A stretch of DNA of 63,195 nt, the filler included, from Reticulomyxa filosa (taxonomy: Eukaryota; Protista; Foraminifera): assembly GCA_000512085.1 (NCBI GenBank). It is 17 parts of 17 records of this genome, joined end to end, with 100 filler letters (N's around TTAATTAATTAA, not from the genome) between each part and the next. Parts side by side here need not be neighbours in the genome. Positions count along the whole stretch, not along the records: positions 16,839 to 28,529 come from ASPP01011166.1; positions 28,630 to 30,675 come from ASPP01025766.1; positions 30,776 to 38,379 come from ASPP01011212.1; 14 more parts are not named here. One strand, written 5' to 3'. Made by a program: the position numbers and the translations under genes. Under the pieces are notes generated by a model that had not been told where the DNA came from, ran no database searches, and worked only from the letters and a program-made list of their open reading frames with translations. Of the stretch, positions 24,260 to 38,347 are shown piece after piece. Numbering within the stretch: position 1 is the first letter of the stretch; each line of letters begins with the position of its first letter.

Positions 24260-25600
24260 GACATTTAATTGAATTATGATAACAGTTTTTTAAAAAAATG
24301 ACAGCCATCATAAACATCAAACCAAACACTTTGATAAGCGCAGTGTTCTTCAATTATTTCAATAGCTCCAATGTTTTTGTTCATAACTTTGGCAGCAATG
24401 GACTGTTTCGTTTTCTTCTGTACTTCTGATTTTGTTTCATTGCAATGCAGCGACGCTTCCACCAACACACGTTGTTCAATTCTTCCATCTTGTAAGGCGA
24501 AGCGTGAGTGGCTATCAAAAATCATTAAACTCTGAACAAGATGTTTATAATGAAAACTAGTGTCCTTGCACCCTTATAATACCTATACTCCTTTGATCCA
24601 GATACTTTGTCCTTTTCATATGATCCGTTATCGCTTAGAATAGTCCATATGCTCTTAATAATATTGACACATAATTTTGCCAATACTCTTTCATTATTAT
24701 AATTTTTTTTTCCTTCTCAATCCTCCAAATCTAATGTAAATCACTTCACATTGAAAGGATTTGTTTTTGATGGAGATATATTACAACAACTAAAATATAA
24801 CACAAACAACATACATCCACACCAACTTTCAAATTAGAGCTTCTATTCTTCAGTTCTACTTGCCCATTCTAATTTTCTTGTTATTTTGTATAGACTTTAC
24901 TTTTTCCTCGATTGTTCTGATTTTGTGATTGGATAAGATATGTCCATTCCCATTTTGAATTTGAATAATGGAGTAATTGCGTGTCACAAGGAAAGTTTTC
25001 TGTACACTATATATCCACTTGAGTATTTCGGACAATTGCTGCTCAAATTGCATTTCCTCCAAATTCATATTGCCACAAAAATCAAATATTGAACGCAATC
25101 AATCAACGTATTATAACACGTCTTCCAATTCGCCAATGTCGTCGTCGTCGGATAAGTTTATCACTGGATAAAAGCACTGCCGGAAAACTGTTTACATACA
25201 ATTGCATATAATAACTTTCTGTAAACAAATGACTCGGAAATTTTGGGACTCAACAAATTGTCAATGGTGGCGGAGAATGGAGGAAATATCCAAGTGTTTG
25301 CAAACAGTATCCAATACCACCACCAAATTGTCGAGGATAAGGCGTTCAATGCCTCCACCACACTATTCAAATCTTGCATAATTCGGTGCTTGCACAATCA
25401 AAGATATGTCACTCGTGGATACAATGATGAGAGTGGGATTATATGTGCTATATGCTGATGACGCTTTGGACAAATTATTTTTAATCTCGAAATTTTTCAC
25501 CCACTTGGACAAAATATTTTGGAGTGCTATCTTCTGTCTGTTATTTAAATAGGTAACTACAGGAGAAGAGCCAAACAATGACGCGTCAATTGCTTTTTTT
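24260..25600 (-). pseudogene. Degenerate relic, same family as the 1-4300 relic
   Basis: AIDASLFGSSPVVTYLN...GIERLILDNLVVVL with stops and frameshifts; nucleotide matches to ~2345-2600. Confidence 0.6.
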
Positions 25601-26179
25601 TTTTCCTACAAAAATTTAAATACTGCTTTTAAAAAAGGTCGTTAAAAAATAAAAATTTTGAAACAACAAAATAAAATAAGTTGCTTCCAAATCAGCACAT
25701 AAATACTCAATCAAGGATAATGTATAAATGCAATTTGAACATAATCTGCAACTTGCATTGTATCGTTGTGTTGGAGTTCTGAACAGCTTTGTAAAGATAC
25801 TCAAAATTTTTTTTTTCTTTGTTGTCAAAGCATTTCTTGTTAAACGGAAATTCATTTTTCATTATATTTAAATGATATTGTTTCCGTGTGTATAAAACGC
25901 ATTACTCAACGAAATCATATTACGTATAATGTTTTTCTAACATTTCTCTTGTCGCTTCAATTTGTTTAAGTAGAAGCGATATTCAGTTAAAATCGAGACA
26001 GCATCTATCGTCAATACCATAGCTTATTACATGTAATGATTATGTTTATCTCCATTTCAAATTTGTTTATTAAAAATATTTTGGGATATGGAATTGTTTT
26101 ATAACATAACATCATTCTAAATTTCAAAAAATCGCTCTTTTTTAAAACTTTTATCAACAACCCCCTTCATTTTGAAAGA

Positions 26180-27566
26180 ATGACTACTCTTATTAATAAA
26201 AAAGGGATTTCAACGCAATTCTTACTGGTATGCTTCACGTTAATCTTTTAAAAAACTAGATTACTATTATATTTATTCTATGTGATTTATGATTGAGTAA
26301 GTCAAAAGAAGGAGAGGCGGAAATAATTATCCAACATTGGATCAGAATATTAAAAGTTAGATTAATATGGATCCGTGATCTTGAAAAACTTATTATCAAT
26401 TATGTTATGTTTCTTTTTTTTTTTTTTTTTAAATACAACGCTAATCAATGTTCATTCATAATAGCCATTTAACATAGGTTGTTACAGTCTTCATATTTAA
26501 CGCGTTTCGTTCATCGTCTAAATTTCTCAAAAATTTCTGTAGGCATAAAGATTATGTGTGGAGCATTGATTATTCAACATTTGATGACCGTCAGCTTATT
26601 TGTTCTGGATCATCAGATAAAACAGTTCGTGTATGGGATGTTGAGACTAATAAACAAATTCGATTATTCAATCAGCATTCAAGTTATGTGTATTGTGCAA
26701 AATTTTCACCATATCATTATCATAAGCATCATCGCAATGTTATTTGTTCTTCATCATGGGACAAAACGATTCGTTTGTGGGATTTCAAACGTAATCAACA
26801 ATTAAAAATATTCAATGGACACACAAGTTATGTTGTTGGAATTGATTTTTCACGATTTAATGGTGGTCGATATGTATGCTCTGGATCATTTGACAAAACT
26901 GTTTGTTTATGGGATGTTGAAACATCCAAATCGTTACATATTTTCAATGGACATACAAATACTGTTTGGTGTGTTGATTTTTCATCATTACAAAGTAATA
27001 ACAAGGATGATAATAATAAAAGTAATAGTATTGGTTTTATTGGTGGTAATGGATATACCATTTGCTCTGGATCATTGGATAAAACTATTCGTATTTGGGA
27101 TATTGAAACAACAAAACAATTGATTTTACTCAACAAGCATAAAGCTGCAGTGAGGTGTGTAAAATATGGATCAAATGAATTAGGAATAAGCGATGGTGCA
27201 AATGCAATATTATCGGGATCAGATGATAAAAGTGTTTGTTTATGGGATATTCGATCTGGTCAACAAATTCAAGTATTCAACAGACATAGACATTGGGTTA
27301 TGACTGTTGAATATTCACCATTTGTAGTAAATAATAACAAAGTTGGTGGTAGTTCAAATGTAATATGTTCCGGATCGACTGATAATATAATTCGTTTTTG
27401 GGATATTCGATCAAATAAGAAAAAATTATATGCAATCAATGGAGATAAGCAAGATTGTGGAATATATTGTCTTAAATTTTTACAATTAAAGAAGAAAAAC
27501 AAAAGTGCTTGTGATATTAGTTTATGTTATGGCTCACGAAAAGGTCGTATTAGTATTTGGGGATAG
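26180..27566 (+). CDS. WD40-repeat protein (Reticulomyxa-type expanded family), multi-exon
   Basis: Repeated ICSGSxDKT(V/I)R(V/L/I)WD units; upstream exon EIIIQHWIRILKVRLIWIRDLEKLIINY; ends ISIWG*. Confidence 0.9.
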
Positions 27567-29379
27567 TATCATTTTCCAACAAAAAAATGTTTTTACTGAG
27601 TTGATTTTTTTGGAGTGAATTAATTGAAATAAATTTTTTCTCTCAACAAATTACATAATATACATTCTGATACATCAAAATGATATCTGTTGTATTTAAG
27701 TATTCTTCTAATTGATATTATTAATGCAAAGAGAACAAAAAACTCAAAATTAACAAAGAAAAAATAATTAGCAACTATTCTGATTGGTTGCATGGCAAAT
27801 ATTTAAAAAAAAAACTGTAAACCTGCCAATATTTTCATTTATTTTTTAAGCATTAATATCTCTCCTCTTTGAAAAAAAATTCGTTTTGGGGATATTTCAC
27901 CAGCTCATTTGTTTGAGAAGCCCTAATTGTTGGAAGTTGTCCAATTTCTCTAAGAGCACAGCGTTGAGATTGCATTTGAATCTCGCTTTCTCTCAATTCA
28001 CGCAATAGATAATTGTTCTCACGTTTGCTGAGACATTAAAATAGTACAACTCACGTACGGGAAAAAGAATTAGTTCGAACAACGCTTTACAAAGTTCACT
28101 TTTGGGAGCAAACGGATCAAGAAAAATATTCTTGTGCTTGCGAGAAATGTATTTTGTATTTTTTCCCTACTTGTAAGTTGTAATCTCTTTCAATTTTTGC
28201 TTTGTTAAATTGTGTAGTAGATCTTAACTATTTTAAACAGAAAGAAATATTCTGTATTCAGTTATAATGAATACAATGGCAATAACGGTCTGGGTGTTAG
28301 AAGATATTACATTCCTGTGGCAATAATTATGTGAACCATAGCTAGAATGAAGCACATTAAATAAATCTTTTTAAGTATCCTCTGTTACATTCAAATTGTA
28401 CTAAAACCACTTGGCTATTAATTGTATTTTATCCGTTCCAAAACATAATTATTGTTAATTTATTTACTATGGATTTCATTTTTTTTAGAAAGTTCAATCT
28501 GTATGAATATGAACAGCTACAGTAGGTTGNNNNNNNNNNNNNNNNNNNNNNNNNNNNNNNNNNNNNNNNNNNNTTAATTAATTAANNNNNNNNNNNNNNN
28601 NNNNNNNNNNNNNNNNNNNNNNNNNNNNNAAGACAAATTTGAAACCTTGCATTAAAAAATATGCAAAAAAAAAAGGAATAAATCCTATTTATGAACATAT
28701 CACGTAGATTACCACCTTTCAAATTAGGCTCAGACTTGCCAACCATACATTGTCCCTCCCGTCAGCTCTTATCGTCTAACACATAAAAAAAAACATTAAT
28801 AATAAAAAAGTAATTAATTAAGTTTGAAAAAAGTATTTCATTTCCAAATTCGAATACTGCAATCAACATGGCCAGATACAATAGTATTTCGAAAAATATC
28901 AATACAAGTAACATAATCGAATTTCTTTATAATCAGAACATGACAATTGTTCAACAATCTGAAAAATATTTTGCATCGTTCACAACATCTAGATTTTCCT
29001 TAAATATTTTCATTTTCTTTCATTTAAAATAGAATATTTCAATTTTATTATATAAACATGATATAATATATTTATTAACTGACAAAGTTTTCCATATAAT
29101 TTATGATTAAAATATATTTCGCATAGTTTTAATTTTTCATTCTGAATATAATGTAGCATCAAGATCATTAAATAATAAATTTATCATTAATCACAATCAA
29201 TTATATGTAAAATATACATTACACTAGCATTGCCTATTATATGTATTTTATTATATTTATTGTATAACATAAAATATAAATATAATTTTATAGTTATATT
29301 ATGATCAAAATAATCATAAGTATTTTTTTTTATAAAATATTTAATTAATCTTTTTTATACAATATTGTTATTACTTGAC

Positions 29380-30115
29380 TACCTAATAACAATATTGTAT
29401 CATCTATGCAGATATATGATAAAAAATTGGATGTACGAATCCAATTACAAATATTCATTTTATATAATCTAAAGTTATTATATTCACCATTTTATTCGAT
29501 TAATAGTCCAGTATCTTTATAAAATAACAATATTTCATTATTTTTAATGATATTTCTTTCATTCATTTTAATTAAATATTGTGCCTTTGATACAAGGCAA
29601 TGAAAGATATATTATTTTACTTAATAAAGTATCATATTTGATAAATTTAAACAAATGTAAATCAAATAAACTTATATTGTTTGGAAAATAATTTATTAAT
29701 AATAAATTCTCCAATAACTGCGCGAGCTCCGATATAATTGTAATTATTTCGTGCGATATTAATATAATTATTTTGATTATCTTTGAAATGGACACATTTA
29801 TTGAAATTATTTGATTTATTAATTTCATTTCCATTATTATAATCCCAAATACTTTGATATTTAATAACCAATTTATGATGTTTAATTTGATCATCACCAA
29901 AAGATAAAAAAATATTTTCTCCAAGTTTTACCACGCAATATCCAAATAATTCGATATTACTTGGATATGAGCAAATAAACTTATATTTATTTTTACATTT
30001 ATGATATGAATAACAACACCCTTTAAGAGAACATCCACAAATGATCAATTCGTCATTATATGTGGCTGGAACAGTGTCACATGTAAATCTTTCAGGCTTT
30101 TAAAGGTAATCATTT
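29380..30115 (-). pseudogene. Kelch-like beta-propeller family pseudogene
   Basis: LIICGC...CYSYH.CKNKYKFICSYPS...YCVVKL...LSFG...GARAVIG typical of the expanded foraminiferan Kelch family; frameshifted and very AT-rich. Confidence 0.7.
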
Positions 30116-30860
30116 GACTATTGTTTTTTTTAAAAAAATGTGACGCAGAAAAAAAGTTCTATTGATGACAACACAGAATTTGATGTTGAATTTGTAAAAC
30201 TTGATCTTATGTATTTACAAAGTAATATAAAAAAAAGTTGATCTATTTCAAGTATAACTTTCTTTCTTAAAGTAAGCTTTAAGAAGGTCTATGTAATGTT
30301 TCGAATTAATGTTTTATTTTCAAAGTATCAAAAATTTTGGAATAAATCAACATTAAACAAACCAAATACCACGATGAGTGAGACAATTCGCTCCAAGAGA
30401 GCAAGATTTCAAGGGTTTTTGTTTGTAATGACTTTTCTATAACAGACAAATGACAAAAATTGAAATTTTTTATTAAGTAAACAAAACAATTGTATTCATT
30501 TAAACAAAAATATTTTGTTAAAGTTTAAATTCTTTTTGTCGTTTGGGGCGTTTCGGACGAAACTAAAGAGCTAAATATAACTATAATATAACATGGAGTT
30601 ACGACAATGGAGCAATGTCCTGAAAGTAGTGACCGCTCTGATCCAAAATCGGTCTCAAAAAAAAAGACATTAGCANNNNNNNNNNNNNNNNNNNNNNNNN
30701 NNNNNNNNNNNNNNNNNNNTTAATTAATTAANNNNNNNNNNNNNNNNNNNNNNNNNNNNNNNNNNNNNNNNNNNNTAAAAAAAAAAAAAGGGGGATTAAA
30801 ATAAAAAGTTTGAGATGCGTAGAGTTTGTTTTTTTTTGGTGACTGTGGGGGGGGGGGCAC

Positions 30861-33800
30861 TTGTTTTTAGAGGACGCAGAGGAATGGGCACACAACCATG
30901 AAATTGACATTGAAATCGAGCCAAAAGAGGCGGTGCGAGCGGGTAGAGAAATTCCGCAATTCACATTGGCACACCGTACGTATCACCCCGATTTGGACAC
31001 AAACCCGACCTTTGCAAGCGGAGTAGGTGAATTTTCAATGCTCAGTCTGGACCTCTGGAACCAAATTCACATCCCTTTCGAACCCGCAATCGACTCGAGA
31101 GTGTACAAAGTCAAAGGTCACGGCAAAAGTGTTTTGGACAATCGATTGTTCCTTCGTGTTTTATATGAATATATTACCGCTGATGAAGGAGTTTGTTATT
31201 TTTTTTTTTTTTTTTTTTAAACAAAAAGAAAAAAAAAAAAAAGGGGGGGGGGAGAGGATACTCATTGTATTTACATAATGCGACATATACGTATGCCTTA
31301 TGTCTTATGTCTTATGTCTATGTGTATATATGACTTGGTGAACATATGTCGATATCAAATAAATTTGTGACTGCTTTGGAAAGAGTGGCGGATGCGGGTT
31401 TAATGTACGGGAAATGCTGTCCAACAATGCTCACCCATTGGTTGGACTTTATGCAATGAACGACCCAAAGAACGCTCGTCCAAAGATAAACGTGATGAAC
31501 TTGATCAGACCCAGTCCTTCTTCGGCGAAAAAAATGGTACAGGATATTCGCAGCTACTACGGAGAAATGATCAGCTTTTACTTTGCGTTTTTGCTGCATT
31601 ATCAAAGATGCCTCTTTTATGCTGCCCCTGTCGGTGCTATCTTTTTCATTGTCCAACTTTCTTTGGGAAGGATTGATATTCCAGGATCCTTGAGTTTATA
31701 TATATATATATATATATACTATTTTTGAATGTTGTTTTTGCACTTGAACAAACAATGCACTTCATACGGGACTGACTCTTGCATGTAATATATGTGCATG
31801 CGCAATAGTATTGGTCATCTTGGCGGTGCTTTGGTCTACGGCGACCAATGAACTGTGGTTCCGTCGTGAAAATACGTTGAGATATCAATGGGGAATGACA
31901 AAATACTCCAGTACTGAAGGTTAGGAATGGAATATATACTTGCATGTGTATATATGTGTGTGTGTAAGATATCTTATCTTATTGATTTGTCTATTATTGT
32001 GCATATATGTACAAATTGTGCACACACAAAAAAAAAAAAAAAAAAAAAAAAACTTGAATGTGTTATGCTAGTACCGAGACCAGGATTTGAAGGGAGATTG
32101 GAGCTGTCGAAAGTGACGGGTGAGATTGTCGAGGTAATTTCGTCACAATTTTGGTACATTGCGAAAATAATGCTGTCGATGTCTGGCATTATTTGTTGCA
32201 TCTCCGGCGTCATTGCTGCCGTCGTTGGGGTGTGGACTTTGAAGAAACGCACGACAGATAATAAAATGTCGGTTCTCATTGGCATGCTCAATGCTGTGCA
32301 AATTACTGTTTAGTAAGAAGATGGAAAAAGAGAGAATCAACTCAAATAAACACTTTGTTTTTTTTTTAAAAAAAATAAAATAAAATAAAATATACATATA
32401 TAATAAAACATGAAATTTAGATATTTAATTACCTTTATGTATATTTAGCATTTTGGTTAAATGAGCTAGAGGGCCATCGATTGGAAGAAGAATGGTACAA
32501 TCATTTGGTCGTTAAGCGTGTGTTCTTCTTAATTGTCAATTCGTTCAATTCTTTATTTTATTTGGCATTTGTCGAAGATTTCGCAAGTAAGCACGAATGT
32601 TTGAAAGCAGTTCGGATCCAATTGGTCACTTTATTTTTGTCGATGATTTTTATTCAAAATACCATGGAAGTGTTTGTTCCGAAGATGATGATGTTACGTA
32701 TCTTTTTTTTTTTTCTCCCTTTTCCTCCCCCCTCCCCCCAAATATCGCATTACTCAAACCGAATTTTGTTTCTTTGTTTTTGCCCATTAGTTATTTGAAC
32801 ATATGGTTCGGTAAACCTCGACAGTCTGCAGACAGCCAGCTTTGTAAGTTTTTTTGGTTTGCTTTACAACTTCGTCACCTTTTTCTTGCTACATGCACTG
32901 TGCATGTTTTGGCATAATGTATCAAACATGATACAAATATTGTTCATTATTGTTCATTATTGTTCATGTTCTCAAAAAAAAAAAAAGCAGTGGGTCGTCC
33001 ACAAACGTCGTTGAGCAAAAAAGTGAAAATGAAAAACGGTGAAGAGCACAAATACTACGAAATCGAGGAAAAAAATGACAATGAGAACGAGAATGACAAT
33101 GTCAATGCAAACATAAATATAAACATAAATGAAAATAACGACGAGAAAAATCAAGGACAAAACGAGCCCGAAAAAACACAAGCCAATGAACCAATGACAC
33201 AACTATCTCCAGAAGAACTTGAACGCTTGGAAAAAGAGTGCAAGGCCGCTGATGAACATATCTTAATTCGACAATTATCTGTCAACGACAGCATTTGGGA
33301 AGATGTTTGGGCGCAATTTTCGTTGTTGGACTCGCCTGCGGTATTGGACAACACTGCTGAAATTGTCGTTCAATATGGATATATTATGTTATTTGTTGTT
33401 GTCTTCCCATTGATGTTTGTTCTGGCCATTGTCAACAATTTTGTCGAATTTCGCTTGGATTTTTATGAATTGACACAATCAAGACGAAGTGTTCCCTATG
33501 CTGCATCAGGTTTATATACGTATACATACATACATATACATATATGTATACGTATATATTCATTTTTTTATCTTTCTTATTTTTTGGGACAACAGGAATC
33601 GGTGTGTGGAAGCAAGTGTTGAGCGCATTTGGCACAGTGGCAGTGTTCTCAAATATGGCAATTATCACTTGGCGGACGAGTTTGGGAACGATCAACTTCA
33701 CCAACTCGGAAGAAACAAATAAAGTTGTTTATTTCTTTGTTATCAGTTTCATGCTATTGCTCTTTCAATTTATAATGCGCTTTTGTATCCCCGATGTCAC

Positions 33801-34026
33801 AACTGAAACGCAAGAGGCATTGGACCGTCAAGAGGTATTCTATTTGTACGTTTACAACTATATGCTCCCTTTGCTGTACTTGTTCCTGCTATATTATCAA
33901 TTTTCTGTTTGTTTCCTCTTCTTCAAGGCTTGTGAAAAATTCCTGTTTTTGGGTATTATCAAGAAAACGGCACGCCGCGCGAAAACACTAGGCGAAACAC
34001 TTACATTGGAGATGGGAAGCGTGTGA
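30861..34026 (+). CDS. Anoctamin/TMEM16 family protein, many exons, 5'-truncated
   Basis: IRSYYGEMISFYFAFL, VNSFNSLFYLAF, EIVVQYGYIMLFVVVFPL...NNFVEFRLD, GIGVW, IPDV. Confidence 0.92.
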
Positions 34027-34354
34027 TTAATTATTTTTAGATTGTTTTTTTGAACGTTACATTTTGTGAGTTTTACAAATGCAAGATAAATATGTCTTTT
34101 GTGGAAATTTATTATGTATAACTTTTTTTTTTTTGGGTTACTTTTTAATACGTAATTCATACCTTTGAAATTGGTCGGTACAAATTCAAAAAAGAAAGTT
34201 TTTTTTTTTTCTTCGTTCCCTCAAAGCTGCTGTTTTTGCAGTCGAAACTCACAAAAAATTATTTTATGTTTCCATCACGGCCTGGAATATTGCCCTACTC
34301 TTTGATAGTGGAAAAAACCATAAAAAAAAAAAAAAGTAATTGAACAAAATTGAA

Positions 34355-35149
34355 TCAATAGTCAATAATTTCATAAATTCCACTTGACCCGCGATTCCCA
34401 ACAGCAGGGTACATCGTCCCGTCATAGTTAATGGTAACTTTTTTGTGTTCATTAAAAAAAATTTCTTTGTTCAAAAGCAAATAGAACCACATTTCTTTCG
34501 AGTCCATGTCCACATAAATTGTTAAAATACATCCATCTTGCAGGTCAACACTTTCATCCTGTTGAGAGAAAATGGTTTCTAGATTCCCTCTGGTATTACA
34601 AGAAATTTGCCGAGAGAAATCACGTGCCTTATTGAAATGATAATAGTAGGCTTTCTCCACACTTGAATTCCACATGCCTCGACGGTTACTGGTTGCGACC
34701 TCAGTGTTGCTGATAATACCAAAGTCACATTCACTACCCACACGAATCATCTTTACACATAATTTGTGTTTTCCATCTTTCCATCCTTTTTCGGACGCAA
34801 ATAAAACATAATCTTCGTGGTCTGTCAAGCCCAATCGACCACCAAAAATGTGTTCGTGTCATTTTTGTTGGATTGCAATGCATACCAAAAAATAACCTTT
34901 TGTGCGAAGAAGCTTGTGGTTATGCTCTGTGAAGGCATGCGAAGAGTCAAATACATTCATTTCAATGAAGTTTTTTGGTAAAAATTTGGTTATTAAACGG
35001 ATTAGGTCTTTCGGGGCGTATTCCACGCGCGCTATTTTATTCTGCTGCCACCATCGACATATCACCTTTTCAAATTTTTCTGTCAGACGGGCATCGTCAT
35101 AATCACCGGTTAAAGGAGAGGGTTTTTCTGAGGTAGATGATTCAGACAT
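34355..35149 (-). CDS. SPRY/B30.2-like beta-sandwich protein with an N-terminal helical motif; small intron ~34840-34890
   Basis: GWKDGKHKLCVK...FGII...GCILTIYVDMDSKEMWFY...MYPAV; N-terminal VICRWW...PKDLIRLITKF. Confidence 0.7.
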
Positions 35150-35459
35150 GAAATATTATTCTCTGAAAAAATGTTACGTTCTCTTCTTCCCCTCTGAACT
35201 TGTATATATTTTTGTGGGTTTAACACTATGCATTTGTATATATAGTTGGGTTGAAATTTTTGAAACTTCAAAGAAATAAAGCATTACCTTTATTGAGCAA
35301 CTAGATTGAAAAATAGTATTAAATTGACAACAATAAGTTAACCAAAGAAAGTTAACAAATCCAAAGAGGGAGAAAAAAAAAAAAAAGCAAAAAAAGATAC
35401 TAACAAAAGTCTAAAATTCAATTTAGAAGACAAAAGGTGGAGAAAAATGGAATAACTCT

Positions 35460-36482
35460 CTATTGTCGTTCAAATTGAAAAGAAGCAATAGTCATTCCAA
35501 AGTAGCTTGGATGAGTTGGTGGTACAATCACTTTGGACTGGACGGACGATTTTCCACCATTAGTCCTTTGCCACCAATGGATAATTCCATTGAGAATTAA
35601 CATTCCACATAACCCACAACTCCATGCCTCCGGATCTAATTTGGTGGCCTTATTTAAAGCCTTGTCATCCAAAGTGCACATCCACTCGTATGCATACGCA
35701 TCAAATCTCTCGGCGGCATTGGTGTTGACCGAATACACTTGCTCTTGCCCTCTGGTGCACATATGACGATGTGACAAATCCCCACTAACAATCACGACAA
35801 TTTTTTTGTCTTTGTTGTTGTCTATCCATTCTGCAATGGATTCTCCAAACTTATAATAATTGTTCTGTGAGGCCTTGCTTATCGCAGGATGGCATTGCGT
35901 TGACCTCAAAAACATTGGACGACTCGACATTACAATTACTGGCACCGATTTTTTGGATGGCTCTACTTTTTTAGATAGATTGATGTCGACCAGGTTTCGA
36001 ATGAACCATAATGGAATCACCTCTCCCCAATGCAATTCGCTGCAATCTATCGGAGTTTTTAGTCCTGTCACTTTCGATGAATATTTGTTTTTCGAGGCAT
36101 GTAACCATTTCACCAAATCATACGCTAAGTTTCCATCACATGCTACATCCACTTCGAAACCTTTCCATTTATCTTTCCATGCGGCTGACCCTTTGGCATG
36201 GTTGTCCATGTATACGCACATTCGATCGGTTGTTGTCATAGTGTGTGGAGAAAGCAACAAAATCAGGTCTGGTTTCAATGCCTCGATTTCTTTGCCGCTT
36301 TGTTCCATTCCTTCGTGCAACGCCAATGCACCCACGTCGGGTTCCTCCGGGGTAAGTATTAGTGACCCGTGAGGGAGAAAGAAGGCTCCCACTAAACCAC
36401 CTTTCCACACTGTTGAACACATGCGAGGCGACATTGTGCCAAATCTCGCAGCTGTTTTAAAATTTCTTAAAAAACGATGCAT
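35460..36482 (-). CDS. LigB/class III extradiol dioxygenase-like protein, intronless, with a putative mitochondrial presequence
   Basis: FLPHG, PDLILLLSPH, LHWGEVIPL, VSGDLSH.H, CGLCG, SYFGM; Arg-rich, acid-free N-terminus MHRFLRNFKTAARF. Confidence 0.85.
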   Translation of the reverse strand: MHRFLRNFKTAARFGTMSPRMCSTVWKGGLVGAFFLPHGSLILTPEEPDVGALALHEGMEQSGKEIEALKPDLILLLSPHTMTTTDRMCVYMDNHAKGSAAWKDKWKGFEVDVACDGNLAYDLVKWLHASKNKYSSKVTGLKTPIDCSELHWGEVIPLWFIRNLVDINLSKKVEPSKKSVPVIVMSSRPMFLRSTQCHPAISKASQNNYYKFGESIAEWIDNNKDKKIVVIVSGDLSHRHMCTRGQEQVYSVNTNAAERFDAYAYEWMCTLDDKALNKATKLDPEAWSCGLCGMLILNGIIHWWQRTNGGKSSVQSKVIVPPTHPSYFGMTIASFQFERQ

Positions 36483-37769
36483 TTTGACAATGATCAAGGA
36501 AATTAAATTTTTGAATTGACAAACTTCTTGGTTTTTCCCCTGCAGACGGATCACTTTCAAAATACACCAAAACCGACTGTAACAGTGCGAATCACAAATT
36601 AAGATTATGTTAATCGATCAAAGCTTAAAGAACTTGGTGTTCTATATGGATGAACAAACCGGTCACACTATCAAATGGTAAAATCTCTCCAAATAAATAC
36701 AACATATTTCAAAAACAAACATTTAGTGTTGTTATTTGTTTCGATTGCACTTACATTCTTAATTGAAAGTGGAAAGAATGTTATACTTAAAGCAACTGCT
36801 ATGTGTTGAAAACGATTCTGTTGGCAAAAAAAAAAAAAAAATCTGTAGGACGTCTGCTGCTGATAAGAGACGATACTAAATGTAATACGAAATAAAAGAA
36901 ACAAAAAAAGGTTGGTTCTTATTATAGAGTTGATTATTACAGTTCTGGAGTCGTTTGTGACTCATGTATCACTACACTGCTTTCGATAAAACAAAAGTAA
37001 ATTAAGTAAATGGAAGATGAATAACACAATAAAAGAAAAAAACAAAGAGTGAAGGAAAGTTGGTGGGGAAGTTTAACCCACTGGGGACTCCTCAACTCTT
37101 TCAGAGTTCAGTAACCTATAGTAGGGACTTGACTACAAGCCAAACACTTCAAAGTGACAACGACTGCAAACATGTAATTGCTTTGACTTGTCAGTTGTAT
37201 TTATTTACAAAGTGTTAATATTCAAAACCGTGGCACTTATGTGGTTTGATTTTTCGTTTTGTATGGAAGTAGATTTTGTGTAATGCTATTGTTTTCTGTT
37301 TTTGTAGACAAAAAGTACCTCCATTAGGAAGCAAAAAAAAGATAATCAATAATATTATTAATACCTAAAAATGGTTCATCTCCAGGCATAAAAAGACAAA
37401 TTAAAAAAGAAACGCTTTTAGCAGAAAAAATTAGATATGCGTCGATGTGTGATTTAAGACAAAAGATATTGTGCACAAAACAATATTTTCTTTGAGAAAA
37501 GCATAAAAATTTGACGCGAAAGTAGAGCACCGTTACGCTTGTCTTCTTTCTTTTTTTTTTTTTTAAGTGAATGTCTAATCATTCGAAAAGTTTAGAGCTC
37601 ATTAACAATCTTATAGATTTTGTTGGATTTCGATTGAAAGAAAAAAAGTTAGCAGTAAACGCTTTGTGTTCTTATTTTTGTTGCAAGTTGTTTGTTCTTA
37701 GTTGTTTTTTTTTTCCTTCTTTTTTGGCCGTTGGGTAGAGCAAGCATAAAATGATAAAAATAAAAAAGG

Positions 37770-38347
37770 ATGACTCAAGCCGAACACAAAGAAAGTGGTC
37801 CTGCCACCATATGGTACAAAAACCCTCATGAAAAGGAATTGATTGCCACAGCAGTTAATTATGAAATGTATTTTTTGGTTGATTGATACGTATAACTAGT
37901 TGATTTTAAAAAATTGAAAACTGTTTTTTTTTTTTTTTAAATACAAAAAAACAAAAAAAAAAAAAGAAAGCAATTGCGGAACGCGGCAAAGGAATATTGG
38001 CAGCCGATGAGAGCACAGGAACAATAGGCAAAAGATTTGACACAATAAAAGTGGCGAACGAAGAGAACAACCGTCGCAAATACCGTCAATTGTTGTTCAC
38101 AACTCCCGACATTGGCAAATATATTTCCGGTGTGATTTTGTATGACGAGACTATTCGTCAAAAGACAGATGATGGCGTTCCTTTTGTGGAAGTGTTGAAG
38201 AAAGCCGGAGTAATTCCAGGCATTAAAGTGGACTTGGGAACCAAGGACATTCCTTCGCAACCAGGTGAAGTATACACCCAAGGATTAACCGACCTGGACA
38301 AACGCACCGCCGAATATTACAAAATCGGAGCACGATTTGCCAAATGG
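37770..38347 (+). CDS. FBA: Fructose-bisphosphate aldolase class I, 5' part
   Basis: ELIATA|[24 protein letters not shown]...[10 protein letters not shown]...PGIKVD...GARFAKW. Confidence 0.97.

Noticed and set aside
30594-30675. Possible first exon of the anoctamin gene
   Set aside because: Separated from the gene by a linker, so it cannot be joined from sequence alone.
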